From IMG/VR virus record IMGVR_UViG_3300035006_000010, positions 1 to 45,450 of that record: a stretch of DNA of 45,450 bases. One strand, given 5' to 3'. The translations under genes and the position numbers were made by a program. The stretch is from a virus. Lineage: Duplodnaviria; Caudoviricetes. Under the pieces are notes generated by a model. That model saw nothing but the letters and a program-made list of their open reading frames with translations. It had not been told where the DNA came from and ran no database searches. Below are positions 18,276-26,836 of this stretch, piece after piece; position 1 is the first letter of the stretch, and every line of letters begins with the position of its first letter.

Positions 18276-18617
18276 TCAGGCGACGCCGTTGAGGCGCACC
18301 GGAAGGGTGGCGTCGCCGCCGGCCGCTGCCGCAAGGCCGGCATGGATGCCGGCCTTGACGTTGGAGCCGACGGTCGTGGTGATGCTCTTGGCGGTGTCGT
18401 CCCAATAGACGATCGCGCCGGGAGCGGGCGTGTTGGCCGCCGTCTTCGGCAGGGTGTAGATGCCCTTCAGGTCGAGGATCGACTTCTCGCCCTCGGCGGC
18501 AGAATGGCGCACGACGCCGAAGATCGCGCCGAGCAGGAAGCCGGCACCGCCGACGACGCCGCCCGACGGCGCGAGGAAGTCGATGGAATCGGCGGCGGGC
18601 TGGATGGCGTTCTTCAT
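18276..18617 (-). CDS. DUF2190 family capsid-associated protein
   Basis: MKN.IQ, AP.GGV..G, G.YTLPK, G..VYWD, VRLNG motifs; directly after capsid. Confidence 0.9.
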   Translation of the reverse strand: MKNAIQPAADSIDFLAPSGGVVGGAGFLLGAIFGVVRHSAAEGEKSILDLKGIYTLPKTAANTPAPGAIVYWDDTAKSITTTVGSNVKAGIHAGLAAAAGGDATLPVRLNGVA

Positions 18618-18656
18618 GATGATGTCTCCCGGAAGGTTTGCGTCAGGCCTTTACAA

Positions 18657-18696
18657 ATCCCGCCGACAGCCCTGCTGAGGACTTGCCGGCGGGATC
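18657..18696. terminator. Stem-loop after major capsid gene
   Basis: ATCCCGCCG...CGGCGGGAT inverted repeat, followed by TTGT on the minus strand. Confidence 0.45.
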
Positions 18697-18732
18697 GTCT
18701 AAAACCCTGCTGCGGAGGCAGATCGGGGCGGA

Positions 18733-20355
18733 TCAGGCCCCGATGTTCTTGTAGGCGCCGCGGAAGTCGATCGCGCCGCAGCCGAAGTCGTGCTCGAGGC
18801 TCATCTTGGTGCCCTGCACGCCGAACGGGTCCTCCATCCGCATGCGCGGCGCGGTGTAGCCGTCGAGCAGGCCCCATTCGAAGACCGGCGCGGCGGACGG
18901 CGCGGCGAACATGTGCCAGGCGTTGCCGGTGATCTTTTCCGTCACCACCAGCGAGAGCGCCCCGGAGAACGGATTGACGTTGCCGGCCTGCTGGGCCTGC
19001 ACCGGCGCGAGGATCTGCTGCGCCTCGGTCTCCTTGTCGGGCCCGACCAGCAGGATCGTTGCCGGCAGGTTGAGCTCGACGCCGTCCTTGCTCTTGCGCT
19101 TACGCAGAGCGGCGCGGCCGAGCGACAGCGACGGCACGGTGATGGCGGCGTTGACGGCGGCGAGCGTCGCGTCGGTGGTGTTGAAGAGCTGGCGGGTCGT
19201 CTCCAGCAGCGTCGGGCCGTTCGCGCCGCCGCCGCCGAAGGCCATGGCGTAGAAGGTGCGGTCCTCGAAGCGGGCGACCGCGTTGCCGCGATCGTTCAGC
19301 ACCTGGGCGATGGCGTTGAGGTTGTCGTTGACCAACATGGCGCGCGACAGCAGCACCTGCACGCCATAGGCCAGGACCCGCGTGCTTTCCTTGCTCTCGC
19401 CGAAGGTGCCGGCCTTGATCTCGCCGCCTTCGGGATTGACCGGCTGCAGATCCGGGAAGTCGCCGGCGCGCACGGAGTTGTGCGGGCGGAAGTCGTTATA
19501 GGTGCGCTGGCGCGCGATCATCCGGAAGGTTGGCTGCGCCAGGGCATAGCGGGCGGCCAGCGACTGGTTGAGGACGTTCTCGAACAGGATCGGGAAGTCG
19601 CTGGTGGTGTGGAAGGCGCGGCGCAGCATGTCCTCGCGGGCGCCGAAAGAGCCGGGCACGCGGCGCTCGCCGAGCCGCTCGGCGGCGAGATCGATCAGGC
19701 TGTGGCTCATGAAGCCGCGCGCGGCCTCCGACGGCACAGCGGGCGTGGCCGAGGCCGGCGCGAGCCGGATGGTCAGGGCCTCCTGCATCGCGGCGCGGCG
19801 GGTCTCGGTCTCGTCCTGCTCGACGCGAATATGGCTCGCGGGCGTCTGGCGACCGACAAGCGTGTCGAAGGCCTGGGCGCGGAACGCCTCGACCGTCACT
19901 CCCGACGCCACGGCGGCGCGGGACGCCTCGGGCGTCATGCCGGCGCGGGTCGCGATATCGAGAATGCCCGCCGAACGGGCACGCTCGGCGCGCAGCATTG
20001 CGCCGTCGTCGGCCGGAGCAGCCGCGATCCGCGCCTCCTCGGCGGTGATCTGGGCGCGGACGGCGTCGGCGCGCTCGACCAGATCGGCATGATCCTTCTC
20101 GATGGCGCGGACGGCGTCGGGGCCGAGACCGTCGACCATCTCGCCGAGCTTGCGCTCGGCCTGGCCGGTCAGGTCGGCGAGCTGCGTGCGCATCGCCAGC
20201 AGGGCCGGCGACGCCTCGATGGCGTGGCGCAGCCAGCCGAGATCGCCCGGCGCGCCAGTGATCGGCGCGGGCAGCGCAGCGTCAGGAAGGAGGGCGAGCG
20301 TGACGAAGGCGAAAACGGCCGCGAACAGGCCGAAGGTGAGGAAGCGACCCTTCAT
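18733..20355 (-). CDS. Major capsid protein with N-terminal hydrophobic leader and scaffold-like coiled coil
   Basis: AGGAG 7 nt before ATG 20355; HTTSDFP..., DFR, ..NDNL.A, NPF.G, DFG.GAIDFRG motifs. Confidence 0.92.
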   Translation of the reverse strand: MKGRFLTFGLFAAVFAFVTLALLPDAALPAPITGAPGDLGWLRHAIEASPALLAMRTQLADLTGQAERKLGEMVDGLGPDAVRAIEKDHADLVERADAVRAQITAEEARIAAAPADDGAMLRAERARSAGILDIATRAGMTPEASRAAVASGVTVEAFRAQAFDTLVGRQTPASHIRVEQDETETRRAAMQEALTIRLAPASATPAVPSEAARGFMSHSLIDLAAERLGERRVPGSFGAREDMLRRAFHTTSDFPILFENVLNQSLAARYALAQPTFRMIARQRTYNDFRPHNSVRAGDFPDLQPVNPEGGEIKAGTFGESKESTRVLAYGVQVLLSRAMLVNDNLNAIAQVLNDRGNAVARFEDRTFYAMAFGGGGANGPTLLETTRQLFNTTDATLAAVNAAITVPSLSLGRAALRKRKSKDGVELNLPATILLVGPDKETEAQQILAPVQAQQAGNVNPFSGALSLVVTEKITGNAWHMFAAPSAAPVFEWGLLDGYTAPRMRMEDPFGVQGTKMSLEHDFGCGAIDFRGAYKNIGA

Positions 20356-20436
20356 GGTCATTCTCCTGAGATGTGAACCGGGACCGTGGAGGGGCCCCTC
20401 CTGCGGTCCCGGTGGACGCAGGGGGCAAAGGCGATG

Positions 20437-21078
20437 TCAGGCGGTGAGGTGGCGGGCGCGCAGGCGCATCCGGGCGAGCGCATCGGCCGTGCGGGCCTGC
20501 ATCTCGATCGACAGCGGGAAGGACTGCACGTCCTCGGAACGGACCTGCGCCCGCGCATCGGCGGGGATGGTCACGAAGGAAATCTCGTAGGGCGTCCAGC
20601 GCTCGACGATGCGCTTTTCGATCTCGCCCTTTTTCTCGGCCTCGACGACGCGGGCCTGATCGATGCTGTAGCCAACCGAGACGCTGCGGATGATGCGCTC
20701 GCTGACCAGCCCGAACATGCGGTCGGAAGCAGCGTCTATGCCAGCGGTCGGGAAGCGGATGGTCGCCTTGCCTTCCGCGCCCTCGACCCAGCCGCGCTCG
20801 ACGACGCCGACCTGGCTGTAGGTCGAATAGGCGCTGTGCGAATCTAGCGCCGGCGCGCCGAGGTTGAGCCGCTCCAGATTGATCGCCTCGCGGCTGACCG
20901 TCAGGATCTCCTCGAAGGGCACCGACGAATCCCAACCGGTCCAGCGGCGACGGCGCACGGCCGCGCCGGTGGTGAAGGCGACCGTGACGGTGCGGGCGGC
21001 CACGTCGATCGCGCCCTCGGCGATCGGCGCAAGCCGGGTCTGCATCGGCAGAACCGAGGGGATTTCACGGGTCTGCAT
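20437..21078 (-). CDS. Prohead protease (HK97-type)
   Basis: GAP.LDSH, SVSVGY, W.P.EISFV.IPAD motifs. Confidence 0.92.
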   Translation of the reverse strand: MQTREIPSVLPMQTRLAPIAEGAIDVAARTVTVAFTTGAAVRRRRWTGWDSSVPFEEILTVSREAINLERLNLGAPALDSHSAYSTYSQVGVVERGWVEGAEGKATIRFPTAGIDAASDRMFGLVSERIIRSVSVGYSIDQARVVEAEKKGEIEKRIVERWTPYEISFVTIPADARAQVRSEDVQSFPLSIEMQARTADALARMRLRARHLTA

Positions 21079-22582
21079 CGGCGGGCTCTTCCTGCGGCGC
21101 GGGGGCCTCGGTGATCTGCTGGCCCGTGCGCGTGCGCTGGCGGGCGTCGGTGTCGAAGATCGCGCCGGCGGCGTCGGCGGCGTCGAAGAATTCGGCGTAT
21201 TCGGCCATCACGGCGCGCCAGTCGCGGCCCCATGCGCCGATGAAATCCTGCGGCGACATGCGCCCCGCCCGGACGGCGAGGATGTCGGCCTCGAGATCCT
21301 TCTTCGGATCGACTGGCTCATGGGCCGGCATGATGACTTGCGCCGGATAACCGCCCTGGCGCGGGCGCAGCCGCCCGGCGAGGATGGCCCGGTCGATGAA
21401 GCGGGCGATGACCCGGTCCAGAACCTGCGGGGCCAGCGCGTGCCACTGCACATCCGCCGTGAACCGGCGCTGCTCCAGCAGCCCGGCCCGCAGGCTCGAA
21501 TAATTGGCCTGGCTCAGATCGCCGGTGAGCTGGTGATAGGTCAGGCCGATGCCGGCCGCGATGCCCATCAGCGAGGCCCGCGCGATCGGCTCGAAGGCGG
21601 TGTTGGAGGCCGGCGCGAAGGCCTGCATCTCCTCGCCCTGGCGCAGATACTGCACCATGCCGGGCCGGACCTGCTCCAGCCGCGTCGGCGGCTCGCCGGG
21701 CTTGCCGGCCACCGCGCCGCCGAGGCTCGACGCCGAATCGTTCGACTTCACGAAGATGCCGATCGAGGCCTCGAGCCGGGCCTTCACGACGAGCGCGTCC
21801 ATCACGTCGGCGAAGTCGCGCGCCGCCATCAGCACGGGGGCAAAGAGCGGCACGCCGCGCACCTGGCCGGGCCGGATGCGGCGATAGAGATGGCAGACCT
21901 GCTCGCGGGGGACGAGCGTGGACAGCGGCAGGCCCGTGCGAAGCTGACGCCAGGGCTCGCCGGGGGCTTGCCTGTGCAGCCAGTAGCCCAGCCGCTCGTC
22001 ATGTTCGCCGAGCTCGACGCCGAGGCGGGCGCGGTTGCTGCCGGAGATGATCGAGCCGGCGTCGCGGGTTTCGTCGATCAGGTCGCCCTCGCCGACATGC
22101 AGCGCGAACGGCACAGGGCGGCCGTCGTTCAGCGGCCTGTCGAGCATCCGCATGATCGCGTCGCCGCCTTCGAGCGAGGCGCGAACCAGCAGCGAAAGCA
22201 GCCCGGTGAAGTTGGTCTCCCCCTCGATGTCGCAGGCCTTCGCCCATTCGTCCCACAGCGCCTGCGCCTGCCTGACGGCCGGGCCGGTGCCGGAGAAGCG
22301 CACCGAGAGGTCGGGCGAGACGATGTGCGTGGCGTGAACATCGAGCGCCCGCGCGCCGATGAAGGTATTGCGGACAAGCTCGCGCGATCGTTCGCGCAGG
22401 ACAGGAAGGGCCCGAGAGAGCGAGCCGTTGGCGGATTGTTCGCCGCGACGGAACGAGGCCGTGCGGCGACCGTTCTGCGCGGCGTCATAGCCCCGCGTCG
22501 CCTCGAGCGCCTGGCGCGCGATTTCACGCCGATAGGCCGTCGCCGGCGAGAAGTAGCCGATGGCGGCGTCGAGCACGTTCAT
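21065..22582 (-). CDS. Portal protein, lambda family
   Basis: LR.RSR.LVRN, RPGQ.RG.P, LTGDLS..NYSS.RAG, VDP.KD motifs. Confidence 0.96.
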   Translation of the reverse strand: MNVLDAAIGYFSPATAYRREIARQALEATRGYDAAQNGRRTASFRRGEQSANGSLSRALPVLRERSRELVRNTFIGARALDVHATHIVSPDLSVRFSGTGPAVRQAQALWDEWAKACDIEGETNFTGLLSLLVRASLEGGDAIMRMLDRPLNDGRPVPFALHVGEGDLIDETRDAGSIISGSNRARLGVELGEHDERLGYWLHRQAPGEPWRQLRTGLPLSTLVPREQVCHLYRRIRPGQVRGVPLFAPVLMAARDFADVMDALVVKARLEASIGIFVKSNDSASSLGGAVAGKPGEPPTRLEQVRPGMVQYLRQGEEMQAFAPASNTAFEPIARASLMGIAAGIGLTYHQLTGDLSQANYSSLRAGLLEQRRFTADVQWHALAPQVLDRVIARFIDRAILAGRLRPRQGGYPAQVIMPAHEPVDPKKDLEADILAVRAGRMSPQDFIGAWGRDWRAVMAEYAEFFDAADAAGAIFDTDARQRTRTGQQITEAPAPQEEPADADP

Positions 22583-22586
22583 GGCG

Positions 22587-22796
22587 TCAATCGCGATCGA
22601 ACTGCGTCAGCGCGAAGCGCTGCGGCGCGAGCGGGCCGGCGACCTCGGCGATCATGTCGGCGAGCGTCTCCTTCATCTCGGCCAGGGACCGGAACTCCTG
22701 TTCGCGGCGGGTTTCGCCCGAACCGAAGCTCGCCTTGCGGACGCCGGTCGCGATCGCGCGCTTCAGCGCGTCGATATCGTCCTGCGTCCAGGCCAT
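22587..22796 (-). CDS. Head-tail joining protein (gpW-like)
   Basis: MAWTQ.D.DALK.AIA.G, FRSL.EM; between terL and portal. Confidence 0.88.
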   Translation of the reverse strand: MAWTQDDIDALKRAIATGVRKASFGSGETRREQEFRSLAEMKETLADMIAEVAGPLAPQRFALTQFDRD

Positions 22797-22800
22797 GAGG

Positions 22801-24795
22801 TCACCAGTTCGCGCCTCGGCCGCCCAGCCAGTCGTCGACCGGGGGCGTTGCAGGCTGGGGGGATGGTTCGGGAGCCGGCAGGGCCGGCGCGGTGAAGAGA
22901 TCGCGCCGAGTCGCTTCGGCCGGAAGGCCGCGATGGCGCGCGAGCGCGGCCCATTCGTCCTGCGTCGAGGTCGAAAGGCCGAGATATTCGGCGAGCGCGC
23001 GGTTGTAGACCTTGCAATCGAGCAGATGGTTGTCGCGCCGGACCTTCCAGACCTTGCGGGTCCGACCCCGGAACTTCTCGTCGGCGAGGTATTCGGCCGT
23101 GATCTGCTCGAAATACTGCATGTCCAACCAGAGCGGGAAATGGCAGTAACCGTCCGGATCGCGCAATGCGCCCGATTTCAGGCCATCCTTGCGCAGATCG
23201 TCGTAAATCGTGCCTTTCAGCGACCAGGTGCCGACGGGCCAGAGCTTGCAGCCCTCGCGGATCTTGCGGCCGCCGAGATCGATGTCGACCAGCTTGGGCA
23301 TGCCGATCGCCGGCAGGGCCCAGCCGTCGCGCCCGTCGAGCGCCAGCACGATGTCCTTGCCGGTGTCGGGATGCAGGCGCTGGTTTGCGCGCACCCAGCT
23401 GTAGACCACATGCGAGCGGTAGCCCGAATCGACGCCGAGCGCATCGAGCCCGCGCTTGCCGCCGAAGGCGTCGTCGAACTCGCGCCCGATGGTGGCCTTG
23501 TGCAGCAGCGCGAAGGCCTCGCCGTCTGGCGATGCCGTGTCGCCGTCGCAATAGCCCGCGTCGACCGTCCAGCTCTCGCCATTGGGCGCCCAGGCGACGA
23601 TCTCGTACCAGATGCCGCGCATCTGCACGTCGGCCGCCGCGGTCAGCAGCAGCCCGCCGGGCGGCACGCGATAGCGCGGCAGGCCGTCCTCGCGCCGCTC
23701 GAAGAGCCGCACATGGTCGGGCGCGTCGCCCTTCATCTCGAAGGGCAGGCCGAGCGTCAGGTTCCAGAACGTCTTCTGCCTGGCTGAATCGCTGCCGGCC
23801 TTGACGGCGCGCTCGGCGATCTTCGCCCAGGGGACGAAGGGCGACGACATCGCGTTGAAATGATAGCCCGGCATCTTGCCGGGGCCGGGGTCGGTCGCCT
23901 TCCAGCGGCCGGCGCGCACGAGGACGTGGCGCTCGTAATCCTCGACGATCGCCCCGCAGCAGGGCGCGACGTAATAGGCCCGGTAGGGCCACTCGTCGGC
24001 GTAGCGGAAATTCGGGCCGAACTCGAAGACGTATTCGCTGGGCGCGCCCGCCTCGTCCCGGCAGTGCGGGCAGGTGACGAACCATTTGCGCTTGTCGGAC
24101 GCCTCCCAATAGCGCTCGATATGCGAACCGCCCTTGATCGTCGGCGTCGAGACGTAGGCCCGTTTCCAGCCGCCATCCTGCAGGAAGCTCTCCTGCCTCG
24201 CCTCGATCATGTCGAAGGGCGAGCCCTGACCGTCGAGATCGTCGGCGTATTCGTCGATTTCGTCCTCGAAGGCCTTCTTGACCGACTTGGACCGCAGGTC
24301 CGCCGTCGAGGATGCCAGCGCCAGCGTCAGCGAGCTTGCGCCGTAGCGCTTTTCATAGGTGGTCGAGGCCTTGCCCGAGCGGGCCGTTTGCGGCGCGACC
24401 TTGGCCGACAGCGCCGACGAATGGTCGATGGCGATCTGCAGCTTCTTCGAGTTGAAGTCGGTCAGCGCGCCGTCGGTCGGCTGCACGATCATCTGATCGC
24501 AGGGCTCGATGTCGATCGTGTGCCCGATGGCCGCAATCATCAGCGTGGTGAAGCCGGTCTGGGCCGACTTCATCACGCAGAATTCGTTGACCGGGCTCTC
24601 GACCGAGGTGTGGTTGAGCGGCTCGACGACGAAGGGCGTCTGCGCCCGGCTCCACAACTCCAGCTTCCTCGGCCCGTCGGGCACGATCAGGTTGCGCTCG
24701 GCCCAGGTGGCGGGGTCGATCTGCTCGGGCGGCGTCAGCACCGCCACCAGCGCCCGCACGACGATCGCGAGGGCATCGGGGCGGCTGGGCTGCAT
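22801..24795 (-). CDS. terL: Terminase large subunit (lambda gpA family)
   Basis: KSAQTGFT Walker A, DEID Walker B, STPT, CPHC, ADVQ, VDSGY, N..LDC.VY. Confidence 0.96.
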   Translation of the reverse strand: MQPSRPDALAIVVRALVAVLTPPEQIDPATWAERNLIVPDGPRKLELWSRAQTPFVVEPLNHTSVESPVNEFCVMKSAQTGFTTLMIAAIGHTIDIEPCDQMIVQPTDGALTDFNSKKLQIAIDHSSALSAKVAPQTARSGKASTTYEKRYGASSLTLALASSTADLRSKSVKKAFEDEIDEYADDLDGQGSPFDMIEARQESFLQDGGWKRAYVSTPTIKGGSHIERYWEASDKRKWFVTCPHCRDEAGAPSEYVFEFGPNFRYADEWPYRAYYVAPCCGAIVEDYERHVLVRAGRWKATDPGPGKMPGYHFNAMSSPFVPWAKIAERAVKAGSDSARQKTFWNLTLGLPFEMKGDAPDHVRLFERREDGLPRYRVPPGGLLLTAAADVQMRGIWYEIVAWAPNGESWTVDAGYCDGDTASPDGEAFALLHKATIGREFDDAFGGKRGLDALGVDSGYRSHVVYSWVRANQRLHPDTGKDIVLALDGRDGWALPAIGMPKLVDIDLGGRKIREGCKLWPVGTWSLKGTIYDDLRKDGLKSGALRDPDGYCHFPLWLDMQYFEQITAEYLADEKFRGRTRKVWKVRRDNHLLDCKVYNRALAEYLGLSTSTQDEWAALARHRGLPAEATRRDLFTAPALPAPEPSPQPATPPVDDWLGGRGANW

Positions 24796-24797
24796 GG

Positions 24798-25421
24798 TCA
24801 GTCTTCCGGGCTGTCATCCGGCGCTTGCGGGGCCTCGGGCGGTGTCAGCTTCAGGACATTGGCGAGCTCGCGGGCCATCAGCTCGCGGGTTTCGCGGGCC
24901 TTGGCCTTGAGCAGCGTGCGGGCGCCGGCCGCGCCGGTCTGGGCGACGGCGGCGGCGAGGTCGTCGGCGAGGTTCGGCAGCTGGTCGATCGCGCGGGCCA
25001 GCGCCTCGCCCGCCATCGTGATGGCGGCGGCGACATCGGCGACCTGCAGGATCTTGCCCTGCCGTTCCTCGAGGTCGAGCTTGGCGCTCTCGGCCTTGTA
25101 GGCCATGTGGCGCGCTTGCTCGGCGGTGTAGACCGGCGCGAGCGGATCGGTCGGAGGCGGCGGGGCGGCAGCGGCGTGCTGCCGCCTGGTCTCGGCGCCG
25201 GTGGTTTTGGCGAGGTCGGTCGTTTCGCCAGCGATGCGGTCGAAGGCGGCGAGGTTGACGAGCTTGACCTTGCCCTTGCCGGGCTTGGTCGAGAGCAGGC
25301 CCTTGGCGATGTACCCGGCGACCCGCTCCGAGATCGCAGCCTTGCCGAGGCCCTTCAGCCTCGCGAGTTCCGAGATCGAAACCCAGCCCGCATCCATCAT
25401 GTTCGGGCCGGGCTGCGCCAT
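24798..25421 (-). CDS. terS: Terminase small subunit (Nu1-like HTH); start may be 25400
   Basis: HTH SISELARLKGLGKAAISE; coiled coil; directly before terL. Confidence 0.85.
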   Translation of the reverse strand: MAQPGPNMMDAGWVSISELARLKGLGKAAISERVAGYIAKGLLSTKPGKGKVKLVNLAAFDRIAGETTDLAKTTGAETRRQHAAAAPPPPTDPLAPVYTAEQARHMAYKAESAKLDLEERQGKILQVADVAAAITMAGEALARAIDQLPNLADDLAAAVAQTGAAGARTLLKAKARETRELMARELANVLKLTPPEAPQAPDDSPED

Positions 25422-25456
25422 GTTCGGTGTGTTCGGTCAGATTTCAGCGACCGCCG

Positions 25457-25512
25457 CTAGAAAAATCCCGCGCCGATTTCTCGTCGTGGGTGGGGGTGGG
25501 GCGGAAGGACCC
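25457..25512 (-). other. Predicted lambda-type cos site (cosQ + cosN)
   Basis: GGGTCCT at 25512-25506, then ACG-ACGAGAAATCGG-CGCGGG, matching the layout of lambda ACG-GGGCGGCGACCT-CGCGGG. Confidence 0.7.
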
Positions 25513-25576
25513 GCGATGGGGGCGGCGTTCGCGACGCTCGGGGTCACATGCTCGCCTCCCCGTGCCGGAATGCGAA

Positions 25577-25604
25577 CCGCCCCGGCGCGGTGGCGTCGGG
25601 GCGG
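25577..25604 (-). terminator. Hairpin just downstream of candidate late promoter
   Basis: 12-bp stem with one mismatch, 4-nt loop, followed by TTCGCATT. Confidence 0.45.
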
Positions 25605-25629
25605 GGCAGGTCTCTATTGGGATGCTCCG

Positions 25630-25679
25630 AACGTGCCACAATACCCCCAGCCTGTGAACCCCCACGCAACGCCTTGATA
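25630..25679 (-). promoter_or_regulatory. Candidate late promoter with upstream IHF site
   Basis: TTCACA-N17-CACGTT; TATCAAGGCGTTG at 25679-25667 matches IHF consensus WATCAANNNNTTR. Confidence 0.4.
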
Positions 25680-25703
25680 TTGCGCAGGAATACGCCTTTC
25701 GAA

Positions 25704-26456
25704 TTAAACCGCCTCAAGCGCTGTTCCGGCCTCCTCACCGCGCACATCCGCCAGCACGCCGCGATTCCACGGGTCAGCCATGGCCGCAGGACCGATGACG
25801 CGATGCCTGTCGAGCACTCCGTCCAGTTCCGCCGCCAGCACGCCGAGCGCCGCATGCCAGGTCGCATAGACGGCCCGCGCCAGCATGACATCGCCGCGCT
25901 CGGCCAGCATCGCCCTGTCGGGGCGCCCCCGCCGCACCACGGTCTGCCGCGCCCGTTCGCTGACGCCGAGATCGTCGGGCCGCGAGCCCGCTCGCGCATG
26001 CTCGATCACCAGCGCCATGAGATAGGGGTTCGTCAGCGCAGCCCAGGCATCGCCACCCTTGACGCCCTCGCCCGGCCGCACGAGCCACAAACCCTGCGCC
26101 GTCTCCTCCACAAGCCAGCCATTGGCCGCGATCTCCGCCCGCCGCCAGACCTGCGGCTCGTCCGAGCGCGCCTCCTCGATCAGCCAGTCGGCCAGCGCCA
26201 GCACATGGTCATGGACGACGAGCATGTCGTCGGGCGTCGCCACGGCCGCGCTCTGGGCGCCCAGCATTCGCGCCGCCGCGCCGGAGTTGTCGACGATGGT
26301 GCCGAGCGCCACCGCCTGCATCGCCCCGACCAGCGAGCCGCCGGGCCCGAGCCGCGCCAGCCCGAGAATGCTCTGCGGCGTCACCCTGTCGACGCGATAC
26401 TGGCCATAGGCCCGGTGCAGCAGCGCCTCGATATCGATCGTCTCTTTCCCGGCCAT
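25704..26456 (-). CDS. Hypothetical protein in the late-regulator (Q) position
   Basis: GAAAGG SD before ATG 26456; last gene before the late promoter and cos. Confidence 0.7.
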   Translation of the reverse strand: MAGKETIDIEALLHRAYGQYRVDRVTPQSILGLARLGPGGSLVGAMQAVALGTIVDNSGAAARMLGAQSAAVATPDDMLVVHDHVLALADWLIEEARSDEPQVWRRAEIAANGWLVEETAQGLWLVRPGEGVKGGDAWAALTNPYLMALVIEHARAGSRPDDLGVSERARQTVVRRGRPDRAMLAERGDVMLARAVYATWHAALGVLAAELDGVLDRHRVIGPAAMADPWNRGVLADVRGEEAGTALEAV

Positions 26457-26476
26457 GACCATCCCTTTCAGCCTCT

Positions 26477-26760
26477 GCGAGGGTTGCGAGCGTTCGGCGA
26501 GCATCGGGACCAACCCTCGCAAGCCGAATTACTGTTTAATATCAATATCTTATCTGATCTCTTGCGAGGGTTGCGAGGGTTTAAGTCGGGTATAGGCAAT
26601 ATCGGTTCATGGTTCGGGCTTCCCCGAAGCCCCACATGTCTATGTGGCGGGCGATAACCCTCGCAACCCTCGCGCGCCATCGCTCAACCCATTGATCGCG
26701 CTTGCCAATCCGCTTCGCGAGGGTCGCCGCCAACGCTCGCTAAACCCTCGCGACCCACGA
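26477..26760. repeat. Putative replication origin: AACCCTCGC iterons in both orientations, AT-rich tract, two IHF-like sites
   Basis: Exact 9-mers at 26477, 26512, 26564, 26573, 26656, 26665, 26743; one-mismatch copies at 26486, 26717, 26732. Confidence 0.75.
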
Positions 26761-26836
26761 GGCTCCGGACGCATGACAATCGCCGATCTCAAGGCGCAGC
26801 CATGCAATTCAGGCATGAGAATGCGAGCGTCGCGGT

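Noticed and set aside
25421-25436. GTTC pairs (also 26605-26615) as alphaproteobacterial LexA boxes
   Set aside because: Spacing is N5 and N3, not GTTC-N7-GTTC
26477-26760. Repeats as a CRISPR array
   Set aside because: Only 9 bp long, both orientations, irregular spacing, no cas genes
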